Source of the DNA: Candidatus Eiseniibacteriota bacterium
GTDB lineage: Bacteria > Eisenbacteria > RBG-16-71-46 > CAZEPH01
DNA: 35,546 bases
Assembly: GCA_044229145.1 (NCBI GenBank)
Contig: JBGATO010000038.1
Span: 1 to 35,546 of the forward strand
Direction of reading: 5' to 3'
Below, piece by piece: positions 17,354 to 27,340 of the stretch. The notes below the pieces were generated by a model. It searched no databases, was not told the origin of the DNA, and worked only from the letters and a program-made list of their open reading frames with translations. Both the position numbers and the translations under genes were made by a program. Position 1 is the first letter of the stretch, and each line of letters begins with the position of its first letter.

Positions 17354-18838
17354 ATGGACACCGCACGAACGCCCGAGACACCGCAGCTGCTGGAATCGCC
17401 AGAGCGCGTGCTGTCGACTTTGAACCGCGACGGTTCGCGACGCTGGCCTCGCCCCAAACCGGAACACGGGGCGTTCTGGCAACGGCGGCGTCTCGTGGCG
17501 TACGTGTTGATGTTCGTCTTCTTCGCGGTGCCGTACGTGAAACTCGGCGGGCATCCCATCTTCCTGATGGACCTGCCGCACCGCGTGTTCTACCTGCTGG
17601 GCATGACCTTCCTGCCCACCGACACGCTGCTGTTCATGTTGCTGTTCGTGAGTTCGGTGATCGCCATCTTCTGGGTCACCGCGCTGTTCGGCCGCGTGTG
17701 GTGCGGCTGGGCGTGTCCGCAGACGGTGTACACCGAGTTCCTCTTCCGGCCGGTCGAGTATCTCATCGAGCAAGGCTTCCGCGGCTCGCGGGCGATCGAC
17801 AAGAAGGGTGGCGTGTCGTCGCGGCGCATCGTCAAGTTGATCGTCTACTTCTTCCTGTCGATGTTCCTGGCGCACACGTTCCTGGCGTACTTCGTCGGCG
17901 TGGAAACATTGGCGAAGTGGGTGACGCGTTCGCCGGTGCATCACATGACGTCGTTCGTCATCATGGCCGGGATGACGGCGCTGATCTTCTTCGACTTCGC
18001 GTACTTCCGCGAACAGACGTGTCTGGTGGCGTGTCCGTACGGGCGCTTGCAGTCGGTGTTGCTCGACCGCAAGTCGATCATCGTCGCCTACGACAAGTCG
18101 CGCGGCGAACCGCGGCGCAAGGGCCGCGAGCGCGAGGGCGCCGGCGACTGCGTCGACTGCAACCGCTGCGTGATGACGTGTCCCACCGGCATCGACATCC
18201 GCGAAGGGCTGCAGATGGAGTGCATCCACTGCACGCAGTGCATCGACGCGTGCGACGAGGTGATGGAGATCCGCCACCGTCCGAAGGGTCTCATCCGCTA
18301 CTCGAATCGCGATGCCATCGAAGGCCGCAAGAGCCGCGTGCTGCGGACGCGCGTGGTGCTCTATCCGCTCGCGCTCACGCTGACGCTGTCGCTGTTCGGG
18401 TTCAAGCTGGCGACCAAGGCCGACACGGACATCACCGTGCTGCGTGCGACCGGCGCGCCGTACATCGAAGAGCAGGACGGCAGCGTCAACAACCAGATCG
18501 TCATCCGCATCACCAACCGCGACGACGACGCGCGGCAGTATCGCATCGAGTTGCAGGACGCGCCGGGCGCCACGCTCATCGCGCCGGTGAATCCGCTGCC
18601 GGTGCCGGGCGGCAAGACGGTGTCGACCACCGTGTTCGTGACGCTGCCGCACGAGGGCCTCGAGCGCGGCGAGCAGTTGGTGCACTTCCACATCAGCGAC
18701 GGTCACCACTTCGCCGAGAGCGAGCCGTACAAACTCGTCGGCCCGGCGCATGGACGCGAGATCAAGACGCGTGGCGAGGATCTCGACGACAATGTGCGGG
18801 AACCGGTCGAAGGCGCACCAGAAGGGGAGTCGAAGTAG
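17354..18838 (+). CDS. ccoG: cbb3 accessory 4Fe-4S membrane protein CcoG/FixG
   Basis: Motifs GRVWCGWACPQT, CLVACPY, CVDCNRCVMTCP and CIHCTQCIDAC. Confidence 0.95.
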   Translation: MDTARTPETPQLLESPERVLSTLNRDGSRRWPRPKPEHGAFWQRRRLVAYVLMFVFFAVPYVKLGGHPIFLMDLPHRVFYLLGMTFLPTDTLLFMLLFVSSVIAIFWVTALFGRVWCGWACPQTVYTEFLFRPVEYLIEQGFRGSRAIDKKGGVSSRRIVKLIVYFFLSMFLAHTFLAYFVGVETLAKWVTRSPVHHMTSFVIMAGMTALIFFDFAYFREQTCLVACPYGRLQSVLLDRKSIIVAYDKSRGEPRRKGREREGAGDCVDCNRCVMTCPTGIDIREGLQMECIHCTQCIDACDEVMEIRHRPKGLIRYSNRDAIEGRKSRVLRTRVVLYPLALTLTLSLFGFKLATKADTDITVLRATGAPYIEEQDGSVNNQIVIRITNRDDDARQYRIELQDAPGATLIAPVNPLPVPGGKTVSTTVFVTLPHEGLERGEQLVHFHISDGHHFAESEPYKLVGPAHGREIKTRGEDLDDNVREPVEGAPEGESK

Positions 18839-19377
18839 TGCGAGCCGAGAAGATCTGGCCGTGGGCGATCGGCGGCGTGCTGGCGCTCACCGTGGCGCTC
18901 AACATCTTCGTCATCCACCTGGCCGATGAGGACAACGCCGCGGTGGTCGAGCCGGACTACTACCACAAAGCGGTGATGTGGGATTCGACGCGCGCGGTGG
19001 CGGATCGCAGCGCGGCGCTCGGCTGGACGGTGACGCACACCGCGAGCGCGGTGGGCACCGATGGCGCGGCGCAGGTCACCGTGCACGCGGTGGACCGTGA
19101 CGGCCGCGCGGTGGCGGGCGCGCGCGGCCACATCACGGCGATCTCGAACCTCGAGGCCGCGCGGCCGGTGGCGGCGGCCTTCGTCGCAGGCGCCGCGCCG
19201 GGCGACTACGTGGCGACGCTGCCGCTGCATCACGGCGGCCTGTGGGAGTTCCGCGTCGACCTCACCAGCGGGCGCGACTACTTCGTGACCTCGCTGCGCG
19301 CCGACGTCGGCGGACCGGCGCCGCGCCGCGCCGATGGCGGGCACGACCCCGCGGCGCGCCGGAGCCACCGCTCGTGA
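18838..19377 (+). CDS. ccoH: FixH/CcoH family protein
   Basis: WPWAI TM segment, VEPDYY, ALGW and GLWE motifs. GTG overlaps the ccoG stop. Confidence 0.85.
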   Translation: MRAEKIWPWAIGGVLALTVALNIFVIHLADEDNAAVVEPDYYHKAVMWDSTRAVADRSAALGWTVTHTASAVGTDGAAQVTVHAVDRDGRAVAGARGHITAISNLEAARPVAAAFVAGAAPGDYVATLPLHHGGLWEFRVDLTSGRDYFVTSLRADVGGPAPRRADGGHDPAARRSHRS

Positions 19378-20117
19378 ACGCGCTCTTGCTGTCGGTCATC
19401 ACCACCGCGCTGCTCGGCAGCATGCACTGCGCCGGCATGTGCGGCGGCTTCGTGTGTTTCTACGCCGGCCAGGAGTCGACGCGCTCGCAGTGGCCGGCGC
19501 ACCTCGCGTACAACCTCGGACGCTGGATCTCGTACGTCACGCTCGGCGCGCTCGCCGGACTGCTCGGCTCGCGGCTCGACATGATGGGCGCGGCGGCCGG
19601 AGTGAGTCGCGGCGCCGCGGTGGTGGTCGGCGCGTTGATGGTGGTGTGGGGCGCGGCCGGCATCGCGCGCGCGCTCGGCGCGCGGTGGGCGACGCCGCGC
19701 ACGCCGTCGTGGGCAAGCGGCGCGGTGTCGGCGGTGCTCAAGCGGGTCGCCGCGCAGCCGCCGGTGGTGCGCGCGCTGACGCTCGGTCTGCTCACCACGC
19801 TTCTGCCGTGCGGCTTCCTGTGGGCGTACGTGGCGATCGCCGCCGGCACCGCGATGCCGTTGCGCGGCGCGCTGGTGATGACCGCGTTCTGGGCGAGCAC
19901 GCTGCCGGTGATGCTGGCGCTCGGTGTCGCCGCGCGCTCGGCGCTCGGACCGTTGCGCCAGCGTTTGCCGCTCGCCACCGCGAGCGTGCTGGTGGTGCTC
20001 GGCCTGTTGACGATGGCCGGCAAGTTCCGTCCGGCAGGCGAGCGCGCCTGCCCGATGTGCGACCCCGCGCCCAAGCCGGCTGCCGCGCTCACGATTCCCC
20101 GAGCGCCGCGCGCGTGA
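19374..20117 (+). CDS. DsbD-like / TauE-SafE family membrane protein of cbb3 assembly clusters
   Basis: Motifs SMHCAGMCG, YNLGR and LPCG. GTGA overlaps on both sides. Confidence 0.88.
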   Translation: MNALLLSVITTALLGSMHCAGMCGGFVCFYAGQESTRSQWPAHLAYNLGRWISYVTLGALAGLLGSRLDMMGAAAGVSRGAAVVVGALMVVWGAAGIARALGARWATPRTPSWASGAVSAVLKRVAAQPPVVRALTLGLLTTLLPCGFLWAYVAIAAGTAMPLRGALVMTAFWASTLPVMLALGVAARSALGPLRQRLPLATASVLVVLGLLTMAGKFRPAGERACPMCDPAPKPAAALTIPRAPRA

Positions 20118-22558
20118 CGACGATCGCCGCCACCGCCGGAGGCGTCGCCGCCCCGGCCGAGGCCACGTCGTGCTCGCACTGCGGCCTCGTGGTGCCGCCC
20201 GGCCTCGTCGAACCGCAGGCCGCGACGCAATTCTGCTGCACCGGCTGCCGCACCGCCTACGCGATCATCCACGAGAACGGCCTCGAGAAATACTATCGCC
20301 TGCCGCAGAAGCGCGAAGCACCGGTCACCGTCAGCGGCAAGCAGTTCGAGGAGTTCGACCATCCAGCGTTCCGCGAGTTGTACGTCACGCCGACGCGTGA
20401 CGGCCGCCTGTCGCAGACCTCGCTCTACCTCGAAGGCATCCACTGCGCCTCGTGCGTCTGGTTGGTCGAACGCGTGCCGATGGTGATTCCCGGTGTCTCG
20501 ATGGCGGAACTCGACGTCGGCCGTTCGCTGGTGCGCTTGCAGTGGGACGACGCGGTGACGCAGCTCTCCGACATCGCGCGCTTCCTCGATTCGCTCGGTT
20601 ACCGCGCGCGGCCGTACCGCGGCCTCGGCGCCGAGGCGCTGCGCCGCGCCGAGGACCGCGCCATGTTGACGCGTATCGGCATCGCCGGCGCGATCGGCGT
20701 CAACACGATGCTGCTGGCGATCGCGCTGTACAGCGGTTGGCTCAATGGCATGGATCCGCGCTACGAGCGGTTCTTCCGCTGGATTTCGTTGCTGCTGGTG
20801 ACGCCGTCGATGCTGTTCCCCGGCCGCGTGTTCTTCCGCGGCGCGTGGACGGCGTTGCGCGCGCGCACGCTGCACATGGACGTGCCGATCGCCATCGCGC
20901 TCGGCGCCGGCTTCGCGCGCGGCGCCTACAACACCGTCGTCGATCGCGGGCCGGTGTACTTCGACGGGCTCGGCATCCTCATCTTCCTGCTGCTGGTGGG
21001 CCGCTTCCTGCAGCAGCGCGCGCACCGCAGCGCGACCGATTCGGCGGAGCTGCTGCACTCGCTGTCACCGTCCACCGCGCGGCTTGCCGAGGGCGAGACG
21101 ACGCAGGAAGTCCCCGCCGAAGCGCTGCTGCCCGGCATGGTCATCGAGGTGCGTCCGGGCGAAACCGTGGCCGCGGACGGCGTCGTCGCGCGCGGCACGT
21201 CGACCCTCGATCTCTCGCTGCTCACCGGCGAGACGCGACCCGTGCGGGTGGCCGAGGGCGAAACCGTCTACGCCGGCACCGTGAATCAATCGGCGACGCT
21301 GCGCGTGAAGGTGACACAGGCCGGCGAATCCTCGCGCGTCGGCCGCATCCTCGGCGAAGTCGAAGCCGCCGCCCGCCGCCGCGCGCCCGCCGTGCTGCTC
21401 GCCGACCGCATCGCCGCGATCTTCGTCGGCGTGATTTTGGTGCTGGCGGCGGTGACGTACGTCGTGTGGTTGCGGCGCAACCCCGCCGAGGCCGCCGACA
21501 ACGCGATCGCGCTGCTCATCGTGACCTGTCCGTGCGCGCTGGCGCTCGCGACGCCGCTGGCGATCACCATGACCATCGGCCGCGCGGCGCGGCAGGGCAT
21601 CCTGGTGAAGGGCGGCGCGACGCTGGAGTTGCTGGCGCGGCCCGGCGTGCTCTATCTCGACAAGACCGGGACGCTCACCGAAGGCCAGACGACGCTCGCC
21701 GCGTTCGACGGGCCGGAGTGGGTGAAGCCGCTGGTGCTGGCGCTGGAGGCGCACTCGCCGCATCCGGTGGCGGCCGGATTCCGCGCCGCATGGGGCGAAG
21801 TCACGGCAGGCGAGGCGACCTCGGTGACGCATGCCAACGGCGGCATCGAGGGCGATGTCGACGGGCGTCGTGTGGTGGTCGGCAAGCCGGCGTTCGTCGC
21901 CGCGCGCGCCGGCGACGCGGCGCTCGCGGCGGCCGCGACGGACGACGGACTCACGCCGGTCGTCGTCGCCGTGGACGGCACGGTGATCGCGCGCGCCGGC
22001 TTCGGCGACCGCGTGCGCCCGGAAGCGCGCGTCGCGCTCGACCGCTTGCGCGCGCGCGGCTGGGCGTTGCGCATCCTCTCGGGCGATGATCCGCGCGTCG
22101 TCGCGCAGGTCGGCGCGCAGCTCGGGGTGCCCGAAGCGGACTGCGAAGGCGGCGCCTCGCCGGAGCGCAAGCTCGCGGTGGTGGAAGCCGCGGCCGCGAG
22201 CGGCGACCGCGTCGTCATGGTCGGCGATGGCATCAACGACGCCGCCGCCATCGCGTGCGCCACCGTCGGCGTCGGCGTGCGCGGCGGCGCCGAAGCGTGT
22301 CTGGCCGCCGCCGATGTCTTCCTCGCGCGGCCCGGCCTCGCGCCATTGGTGGACCTGCTCGAAGGCGCCCCACGCACCCTGCGTGTGATTCGCCGCAATC
22401 TCGCGTTCTCGCTCATGTACAACGCCGTCGGTGTCGCGCTCGCGGTCACCGGCGTGCTGAATCCGCTCATCGCCGCGATCCTGATGCCGTTGTCGTCGAT
22501 CACCGTGATTTCGTCGTCGTGGCTGGCGCGGCCGTTTCGCGAAGACGTTTCCGCGTAG
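20114..22558 (+). CDS. ccoI: Copper-translocating P1B-type ATPase CcoI/FixI
   Basis: N-terminal CSHCG/FCCTGC, HMA motif IHCASC, TGE, CPC, DKTGT, HP and GDGIND. Confidence 0.95.
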   Translation: MTTIAATAGGVAAPAEATSCSHCGLVVPPGLVEPQAATQFCCTGCRTAYAIIHENGLEKYYRLPQKREAPVTVSGKQFEEFDHPAFRELYVTPTRDGRLSQTSLYLEGIHCASCVWLVERVPMVIPGVSMAELDVGRSLVRLQWDDAVTQLSDIARFLDSLGYRARPYRGLGAEALRRAEDRAMLTRIGIAGAIGVNTMLLAIALYSGWLNGMDPRYERFFRWISLLLVTPSMLFPGRVFFRGAWTALRARTLHMDVPIAIALGAGFARGAYNTVVDRGPVYFDGLGILIFLLLVGRFLQQRAHRSATDSAELLHSLSPSTARLAEGETTQEVPAEALLPGMVIEVRPGETVAADGVVARGTSTLDLSLLTGETRPVRVAEGETVYAGTVNQSATLRVKVTQAGESSRVGRILGEVEAAARRRAPAVLLADRIAAIFVGVILVLAAVTYVVWLRRNPAEAADNAIALLIVTCPCALALATPLAITMTIGRAARQGILVKGGATLELLARPGVLYLDKTGTLTEGQTTLAAFDGPEWVKPLVLALEAHSPHPVAAGFRAAWGEVTAGEATSVTHANGGIEGDVDGRRVVVGKPAFVAARAGDAALAAAATDDGLTPVVVAVDGTVIARAGFGDRVRPEARVALDRLRARGWALRILSGDDPRVVAQVGAQLGVPEADCEGGASPERKLAVVEAAAASGDRVVMVGDGINDAAAIACATVGVGVRGGAEACLAAADVFLARPGLAPLVDLLEGAPRTLRVIRRNLAFSLMYNAVGVALAVTGVLNPLIAAILMPLSSITVISSSWLARPFREDVSA

Positions 22559-22666
22559 TCCCGCGGCGCGTGCGGCGCGAGTTCCTCGACCTGTCCGCCT
22601 TTCGCAGCCCTGGCGCGCTGCGGCCCGGGTGTCACCGTCACGCAGGCGACCCCCGCGAGGTGACAG

Positions 22667-23371
22667 ATGGCGACCAGGTGCAAAGTCTCGGGTGCGATCG
22701 CCTGCGCGGTCGCGCTCGCGTGGAGCGCGCCGGCTGCGCCCGCGGCTCCGCAGTGGTTCGTGCAGTACGCCGCCTACGGCGTGCCGCTGAGCGCCGTCCC
22801 GGCCGAGTTGTCCACCGCGATGCGCGCCGAAGGCTACGACGAGGTCGAGCCGTGCTGGCTCTTCTGCCCCGGCGCCCAGACACCGCACACGGTGGAACGC
22901 CGCGCCCAGGGCGCATTCGTGGCGTTTCTGCCGGCGCACCGGCCTGGCGGCGCCGCGCTGTGGCTGCACACCGCGCTGGGCACCACCACCGGCTACGATG
23001 GTTCGGCCACGCTGCGCCTGCGCACCGCCGCCGACGTGTGGGGCGCGCTCGGCGTGCGGCGCGTCGATGCCTGGCGAGGCGCGTGGATCGGCGGCGGCGT
23101 TGCCGCGGTGCGGGTGCGCGTGTGGGACGAATACGCCGCGCCGGTGGTTCTGCTCGATGTCTGGAAGCCCGGCCTGGTGCTCGCGGCGGGCGGCGAGCAG
23201 CGGCTCGTGTGGTCGCTGCTGACCACGGTGAACGCCCAGTTGGTCGTTGCTGGCGGCAGCGAACTGCCCGCGCTCACACGCGGCGTGGATGCGCCGCGGC
23301 AGATGTTACCGCCAACGCGCCTCCATTTCGTCCACGCGGTGCTGGCCGCGGGGCTCGGGATGCGGTGGTGA
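22667..23371 (+). CDS. Hypothetical exported protein, possible outer-membrane beta-barrel
   Basis: GAGGTG Shine-Dalgarno, signal peptide, alternating beta-strand patterns (WIGGGVA, PGLVLAAGGE) and a C-terminal GLGMRW resembling a beta-signal. Confidence 0.55.
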   Translation: MATRCKVSGAIACAVALAWSAPAAPAAPQWFVQYAAYGVPLSAVPAELSTAMRAEGYDEVEPCWLFCPGAQTPHTVERRAQGAFVAFLPAHRPGGAALWLHTALGTTTGYDGSATLRLRTAADVWGALGVRRVDAWRGAWIGGGVAAVRVRVWDEYAAPVVLLDVWKPGLVLAAGGEQRLVWSLLTTVNAQLVVAGGSELPALTRGVDAPRQMLPPTRLHFVHAVLAAGLGMRW

Positions 23372-23396
23372 ACGCCGCGCCACGGTGGCGTATACT
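23368..23396 (+). promoter_or_regulatory. Putative internal promoter for ccoS
   Basis: GTGAAC-17 nt-TATACT, upstream of a GAGGAG Shine-Dalgarno and GTG 23460. Confidence 0.45.
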
Positions 23397-23459
23397 GCGT
23401 GCGGCGTGTCACAGGCGCCCGCGCCGCGCCGCCGTAACCTGCTGCCCGAGGAGCATCCC

Positions 23460-23606
23460 GTGAGTGCCATCTTCCTGGTTCTGCCCCTCGCCATCCTGGT
23501 CATCGCCGTCGCCGTCGGCGCGTACGTGTGGGCCGCCAAGCACGGCCAGTTCGACGACATGAAGACGCCGGCCATTCGGATGTTGCACGAGGACGACGAG
23601 AAGTAG
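23460..23606 (+). CDS. ccoS: cbb3 oxidase maturation protein CcoS/FixS
   Basis: TM helix followed by the signature WAAKHGQFDDMKTPAIRML. Confidence 0.92.
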   Translation: MSAIFLVLPLAILVIAVAVGAYVWAAKHGQFDDMKTPAIRMLHEDDEK

Positions 23607-23643
23607 CCGGCTGGCGCTGCCCGCCTGCCAGAGCGCCCCAGCG

Positions 23644-23673
23644 TTGACGTGGCACCGCGCACCACCGGATAAT
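23644..23673 (+). promoter_or_regulatory. Putative sigma70 promoter of the FG-GAP gene
   Basis: TTGACG-18 nt-GATAAT, about 90 nt before GGAG + ATG 23765. Confidence 0.5.
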
Positions 23674-23808
23674 CTCGGGTAGTACACGCCCACGCGGCCG
23701 GCGCCCCGGGCCGCATTCCGCTCCTCTGCCGAACGTCCAAGTCAACCCATCCTCCGGAGTGCCCATGCGCGTGTCCACTTCTCGTGCGCCGTTTCTCCGC
23801 GGCCTCTC

Positions 23809-26800
23809 GTGGTGGCGGGGGCGGGTGACGTGAACGGCGACGGCTACGCCGACGTCATCGTCGGGGCCAAGGGGAATGACGCCGGTGGATCCGACGCGGG
23901 CCGCGCGTACGTCTTCTTCGGCGGCCCGGGTGCCGACGCGGTGGCGGATTGGACGCTGACCGGTCTCGCTACTGGCGACAACTTCGGGTGGTCGGTCGCA
24001 GGCGCGGGTGACGTCAACGGGGATGGTTACGCCGATGTGATCGTGGGTGCGCCCTTGAACGATTCCCCCGTCTCGAACGCCGGACGCGCTTCCGTGTACT
24101 TCGGCGGCCCGACGCGGGATGGCAACGCGGATCTCTCGATCACCGGCAGCGCCGTGTCCGACTGGGTCGGGTTTTCAGTGGCGGGGGCGGGCGACGTCAA
24201 TCGCGATGGGTTCGCCGATGTGATCGTCGGCGCGCCGAAGAACGATGCCGCCGGTGCGGATGCCGGCCGTGCGCTCGTGCTCTTCGGCAGCCGCGTGCCG
24301 GACGTGACGCCGGACCTGATCGTGAACGGCGCAGCGGCCGGCGATCAGTTAGGCACCGCCGTCGCCTCGGCCGGCGATGTGAATGGCGACGGCTACGCGG
24401 ATGTGATCGTGGGTGCGCCGTACAACGATGTCGCGGGCGCCGACGCGGGACAAAGCTACGTGTTCTACGGCAGCCCGGCGCCCGATGCGGTTGCGGATCT
24501 CAACCTGACCGGAAACGCGGCGGGCGATAACTCGGGCACCGCCGTGGCCTCCGCCGGCGATGTGAATGGCGACAGCTTCGCCGACGTCGTCGTCGGTGCG
24601 CCGTACAGCGACGCCGGCGCGGTCGACGCCGGACGCACCTCCGTGTTCTTCGGCGGAGCGAGCGCGGATGCGACGGCCGATCTCGTCTTCGCCGGAGCGC
24701 TCTACGACAACTTCGGGATCGCGGTCGCCTCCGCGGGAGATGTCAACGGCGACGGACGCGCCGACATCGTCATCGGTTCGGCCCAGAGCTCCGCCACGGG
24801 CGATTACGGCGGACGCGTCTACGTGTACTCGGCCTATCCGTTCGAGGTGCTCTCGCCCAACGGCGGCGAGCAGTGGGTGGCAGGACGCTCCGCCACCGTG
24901 CGCTGGCGCGGTCACGATGCCGCCGACGTGGCGGTCTCGCCCGATGGCGGCGCGACGTGGAACACGGTCGCCGCCGGCGTTGGCGGCGCGGAGGACAACA
25001 CGATCCAGGTCGTCGCACCGGGGACGCTGACGACCACGGCGCTCGTGCGCGTGACGTACACCGGGAACACGGCGAAGCGGTCGACATCGGATGCGAGCCG
25101 TGGCGCATTCGCCATCGTCGCGCCGACGCGCGCACCCGCCGTCACGACCTCACTCGCGCAGACGACGACAGGCGCCGTGGGCGACAATCTCGGCTACGCG
25201 GTGGCTTCGGCCGGTGACGTCAACGGCGATGGCTACGCCGACGTGATGATCGGCGCGCCGAGGAACGACGCCGTCGATGCCGACGCCGGCCGCGCCTACG
25301 TGTACTTCGGGGGTCCCGCCAGTGACACCCTCGCCGATCTCGTTTTGAGCGGCGCCTCGGCGGGAGACTACTTCGGCGCCGCCGCCGCGTCGGCGGGCGA
25401 CGTCAACGGCGACGGCTACGACGATGTCATCGTCGGCGCGCCGAACAACGACACCGCGGCGCCCAACGCCGGGCGTGCCTACGTGTACTTCGGCGGGCTG
25501 ACCCCGGATCCCATCGCGGACATGATCGTGACCGGCGTGGGATCGGGCGATCTCTTCGGCACCGCGGTTGCGTCGGCGGGCGACGTCAACGGCGATGGCT
25601 ACGACGACGTGCTGGTGGGCGCGCTGCTGAATGATGCCGGCGGTGCCGACGCCGGCCGTGCATATCTGTATTTCGGCGGCCGCACCGTGGACACCACCGC
25701 GGATCTGCTCGTCACCGGCGTGACGGGCGAGGTGCTCGGGTGCGCGGTGTCCTCCGCCGGCGACGTCAATGGCGACGGCTTCGCCGACATGCTCATTGGC
25801 GCGTACGGCAGCATGATCGGCAACCTGCCCGCCGGCCGCGCCTACGTGTACTTCGGCGGGGCGACACCCAACGCCGTCGCCGATCTCACCCTGACGGGCA
25901 GCAGCCTGGATACGTACTTCGGAACCTCGGTGGCCTCCGCTGGCGATGTCGACGGCGATGGATTCGACGACATGATCGTCGGCGCGCTCGGCCCCGGTCT
26001 GGCTGGAACCGGCCGCGCGTACGTCTTCCTCGGCGGACCGGGCGCAGATGCGCGCGCCGACCTGACACTCGACGCGGCGGCCGCGGCTGACCTCTTTGGC
26101 AACAGCGTGGCGTCCGCCGGCGACGTGAACGCCGATGGATTCGCCGACGTGATCGTCGGCGCGCCGGGCAACGACGCGGGTGGGGCCGAAGCGGGTCGCG
26201 CCTATGTCTACTACGGCGGTCGCGGCGCGGACGCGCAACCGGACATCGTCCTGACCGGCGCCGCCGCCTTCGATAGCTATGGCTGGTCGGTGGCCTCGGC
26301 GGGCGATGTCGACGGTGACGGATTCGACGACCTGATAGTCGGCGCCTGGGGCAACAGCGGGGGCGCCGGCCGTGCGTACGTCTATGCCGACGCGCGCTAT
26401 CACGTCGTCGGTCCGAACGACGGCGAGATCTGGAACGTCGGCGCGGCGCAGACGATCAGGTGGCGCGGGGCAGAGCCGGCGGACCTCTGGCTCTCGACCG
26501 ACGGCGGAGCGAACTACGCGCCCTTGCTCAGCGACGTCGGCGGCGCGGAGTTCAATTCGGTCCAGGTACTCGTGCCGCACACGCCGACCAAATTCGCCCG
26601 CATCAAGGTGACGACGCACGATGCGTCCGTGAAGGGTGCCGATGCCTCCGACTCGCTCTTCACGATCCAGTCGAGCGTTGCGCTGCTCAACTTCGCCGTG
26701 ACGCTCGGCGACGGTGGCGCGACGCTCACGTGGGGAAGCGAACCCGGCGTCGGCCCGAGCGGCCTCGCCGGCTATCGCGTCTACCGCGCGGCCGACGCCA

Positions 26801-27237
26801 CCGACCTCGGCACGCGGATCGGCCCGGACCTCATCGCCGAGACGCGGTACGTCGATCCGCAGGGCGCACCCGGCACGACGTACCGCCTCACCGCCGTCAA
26901 CGGCCTGCAGGAGGAACTCGAACTCGGACGCGTGAGCACGGTGCCGGCGGCGCCGCTCGCAGCGTGGCCGCAGCCGTATCGCGGCGGCGCGCTGACGGTG
27001 TCGTTCGGCGTCAGCAGCGCGTTCGATGCGGAGGCCGGCGAGGCGACGGTGCAGGTGTTCGACCTTGCCGGCCGCAAGGTGGCGACGCTGGCGCGCGGGA
27101 GCTTCGCCCGCGGCTTCCACACCGTGCGATGGGATGGCCGTGACGATCGCGGAGCGGAGGTAGGTAGCGGGCTCTACATCGTGCGCGCGACGAGCGCCGG
27201 CGCACGGCACGGGACCCGGCTCGTCGTGGTACGTTGA
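23809..27237 (+). CDS. FG-GAP (integrin-alpha beta-propeller) repeat protein with C-terminal FlgD-Ig-like domain; N-terminus missing or out of frame
   Basis: 13 AGDV[ND]xD repeats in blocks of 6 and 7, each block followed by an SPNGGE-like domain. C-terminal VFDLAGRKV...WDGRD...SGLY. The likely true start (ATG 23765) is in another frame. Confidence 0.88.
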   Translation: MVAGAGDVNGDGYADVIVGAKGNDAGGSDAGRAYVFFGGPGADAVADWTLTGLATGDNFGWSVAGAGDVNGDGYADVIVGAPLNDSPVSNAGRASVYFGGPTRDGNADLSITGSAVSDWVGFSVAGAGDVNRDGFADVIVGAPKNDAAGADAGRALVLFGSRVPDVTPDLIVNGAAAGDQLGTAVASAGDVNGDGYADVIVGAPYNDVAGADAGQSYVFYGSPAPDAVADLNLTGNAAGDNSGTAVASAGDVNGDSFADVVVGAPYSDAGAVDAGRTSVFFGGASADATADLVFAGALYDNFGIAVASAGDVNGDGRADIVIGSAQSSATGDYGGRVYVYSAYPFEVLSPNGGEQWVAGRSATVRWRGHDAADVAVSPDGGATWNTVAAGVGGAEDNTIQVVAPGTLTTTALVRVTYTGNTAKRSTSDASRGAFAIVAPTRAPAVTTSLAQTTTGAVGDNLGYAVASAGDVNGDGYADVMIGAPRNDAVDADAGRAYVYFGGPASDTLADLVLSGASAGDYFGAAAASAGDVNGDGYDDVIVGAPNNDTAAPNAGRAYVYFGGLTPDPIADMIVTGVGSGDLFGTAVASAGDVNGDGYDDVLVGALLNDAGGADAGRAYLYFGGRTVDTTADLLVTGVTGEVLGCAVSSAGDVNGDGFADMLIGAYGSMIGNLPAGRAYVYFGGATPNAVADLTLTGSSLDTYFGTSVASAGDVDGDGFDDMIVGALGPGLAGTGRAYVFLGGPGADARADLTLDAAAAADLFGNSVASAGDVNADGFADVIVGAPGNDAGGAEAGRAYVYYGGRGADAQPDIVLTGAAAFDSYGWSVASAGDVDGDGFDDLIVGAWGNSGGAGRAYVYADARYHVVGPNDGEIWNVGAAQTIRWRGAEPADLWLSTDGGANYAPLLSDVGGAEFNSVQVLVPHTPTKFARIKVTTHDASVKGADASDSLFTIQSSVALLNFAVTLGDGGATLTWGSEPGVGPSGLAGYRVYRAADATDLGTRIGPDLIAETRYVDPQGAPGTTYRLTAVNGLQEELELGRVSTVPAAPLAAWPQPYRGGALTVSFGVSSAFDAEAGEATVQVFDLAGRKVATLARGSFARGFHTVRWDGRDDRGAEVGSGLYIVRATSAGARHGTRLVVVR

Positions 27238-27258
27238 GGCGCGCAGGTCCTCTGCAAC

Positions 27259-27293
27259 GCACGCCACGCCTGCGATGTCCAGGCGTGGCGTGC
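27259..27293. terminator. Hairpin between convergent genes (possible bidirectional terminator)
   Basis: Perfect 14-bp arms gcacgccacgcctg / caggcgtggcgtgc with a 7-nt loop. Confidence 0.65.
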
Positions 27294-27340
27294 ATCGTGA
27301 CATGGTGCAGGGTCGTTGAACGGGGCAGGTGCCCGCGGTC

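Noticed and set aside
23809..26400. Regularly spaced ggcgacgtcaacggcga-type DNA repeats resembling an array
   Set aside because: They are the coding FG-GAP repeats: about 180-bp period, degenerate at synonymous sites. Not CRISPR.
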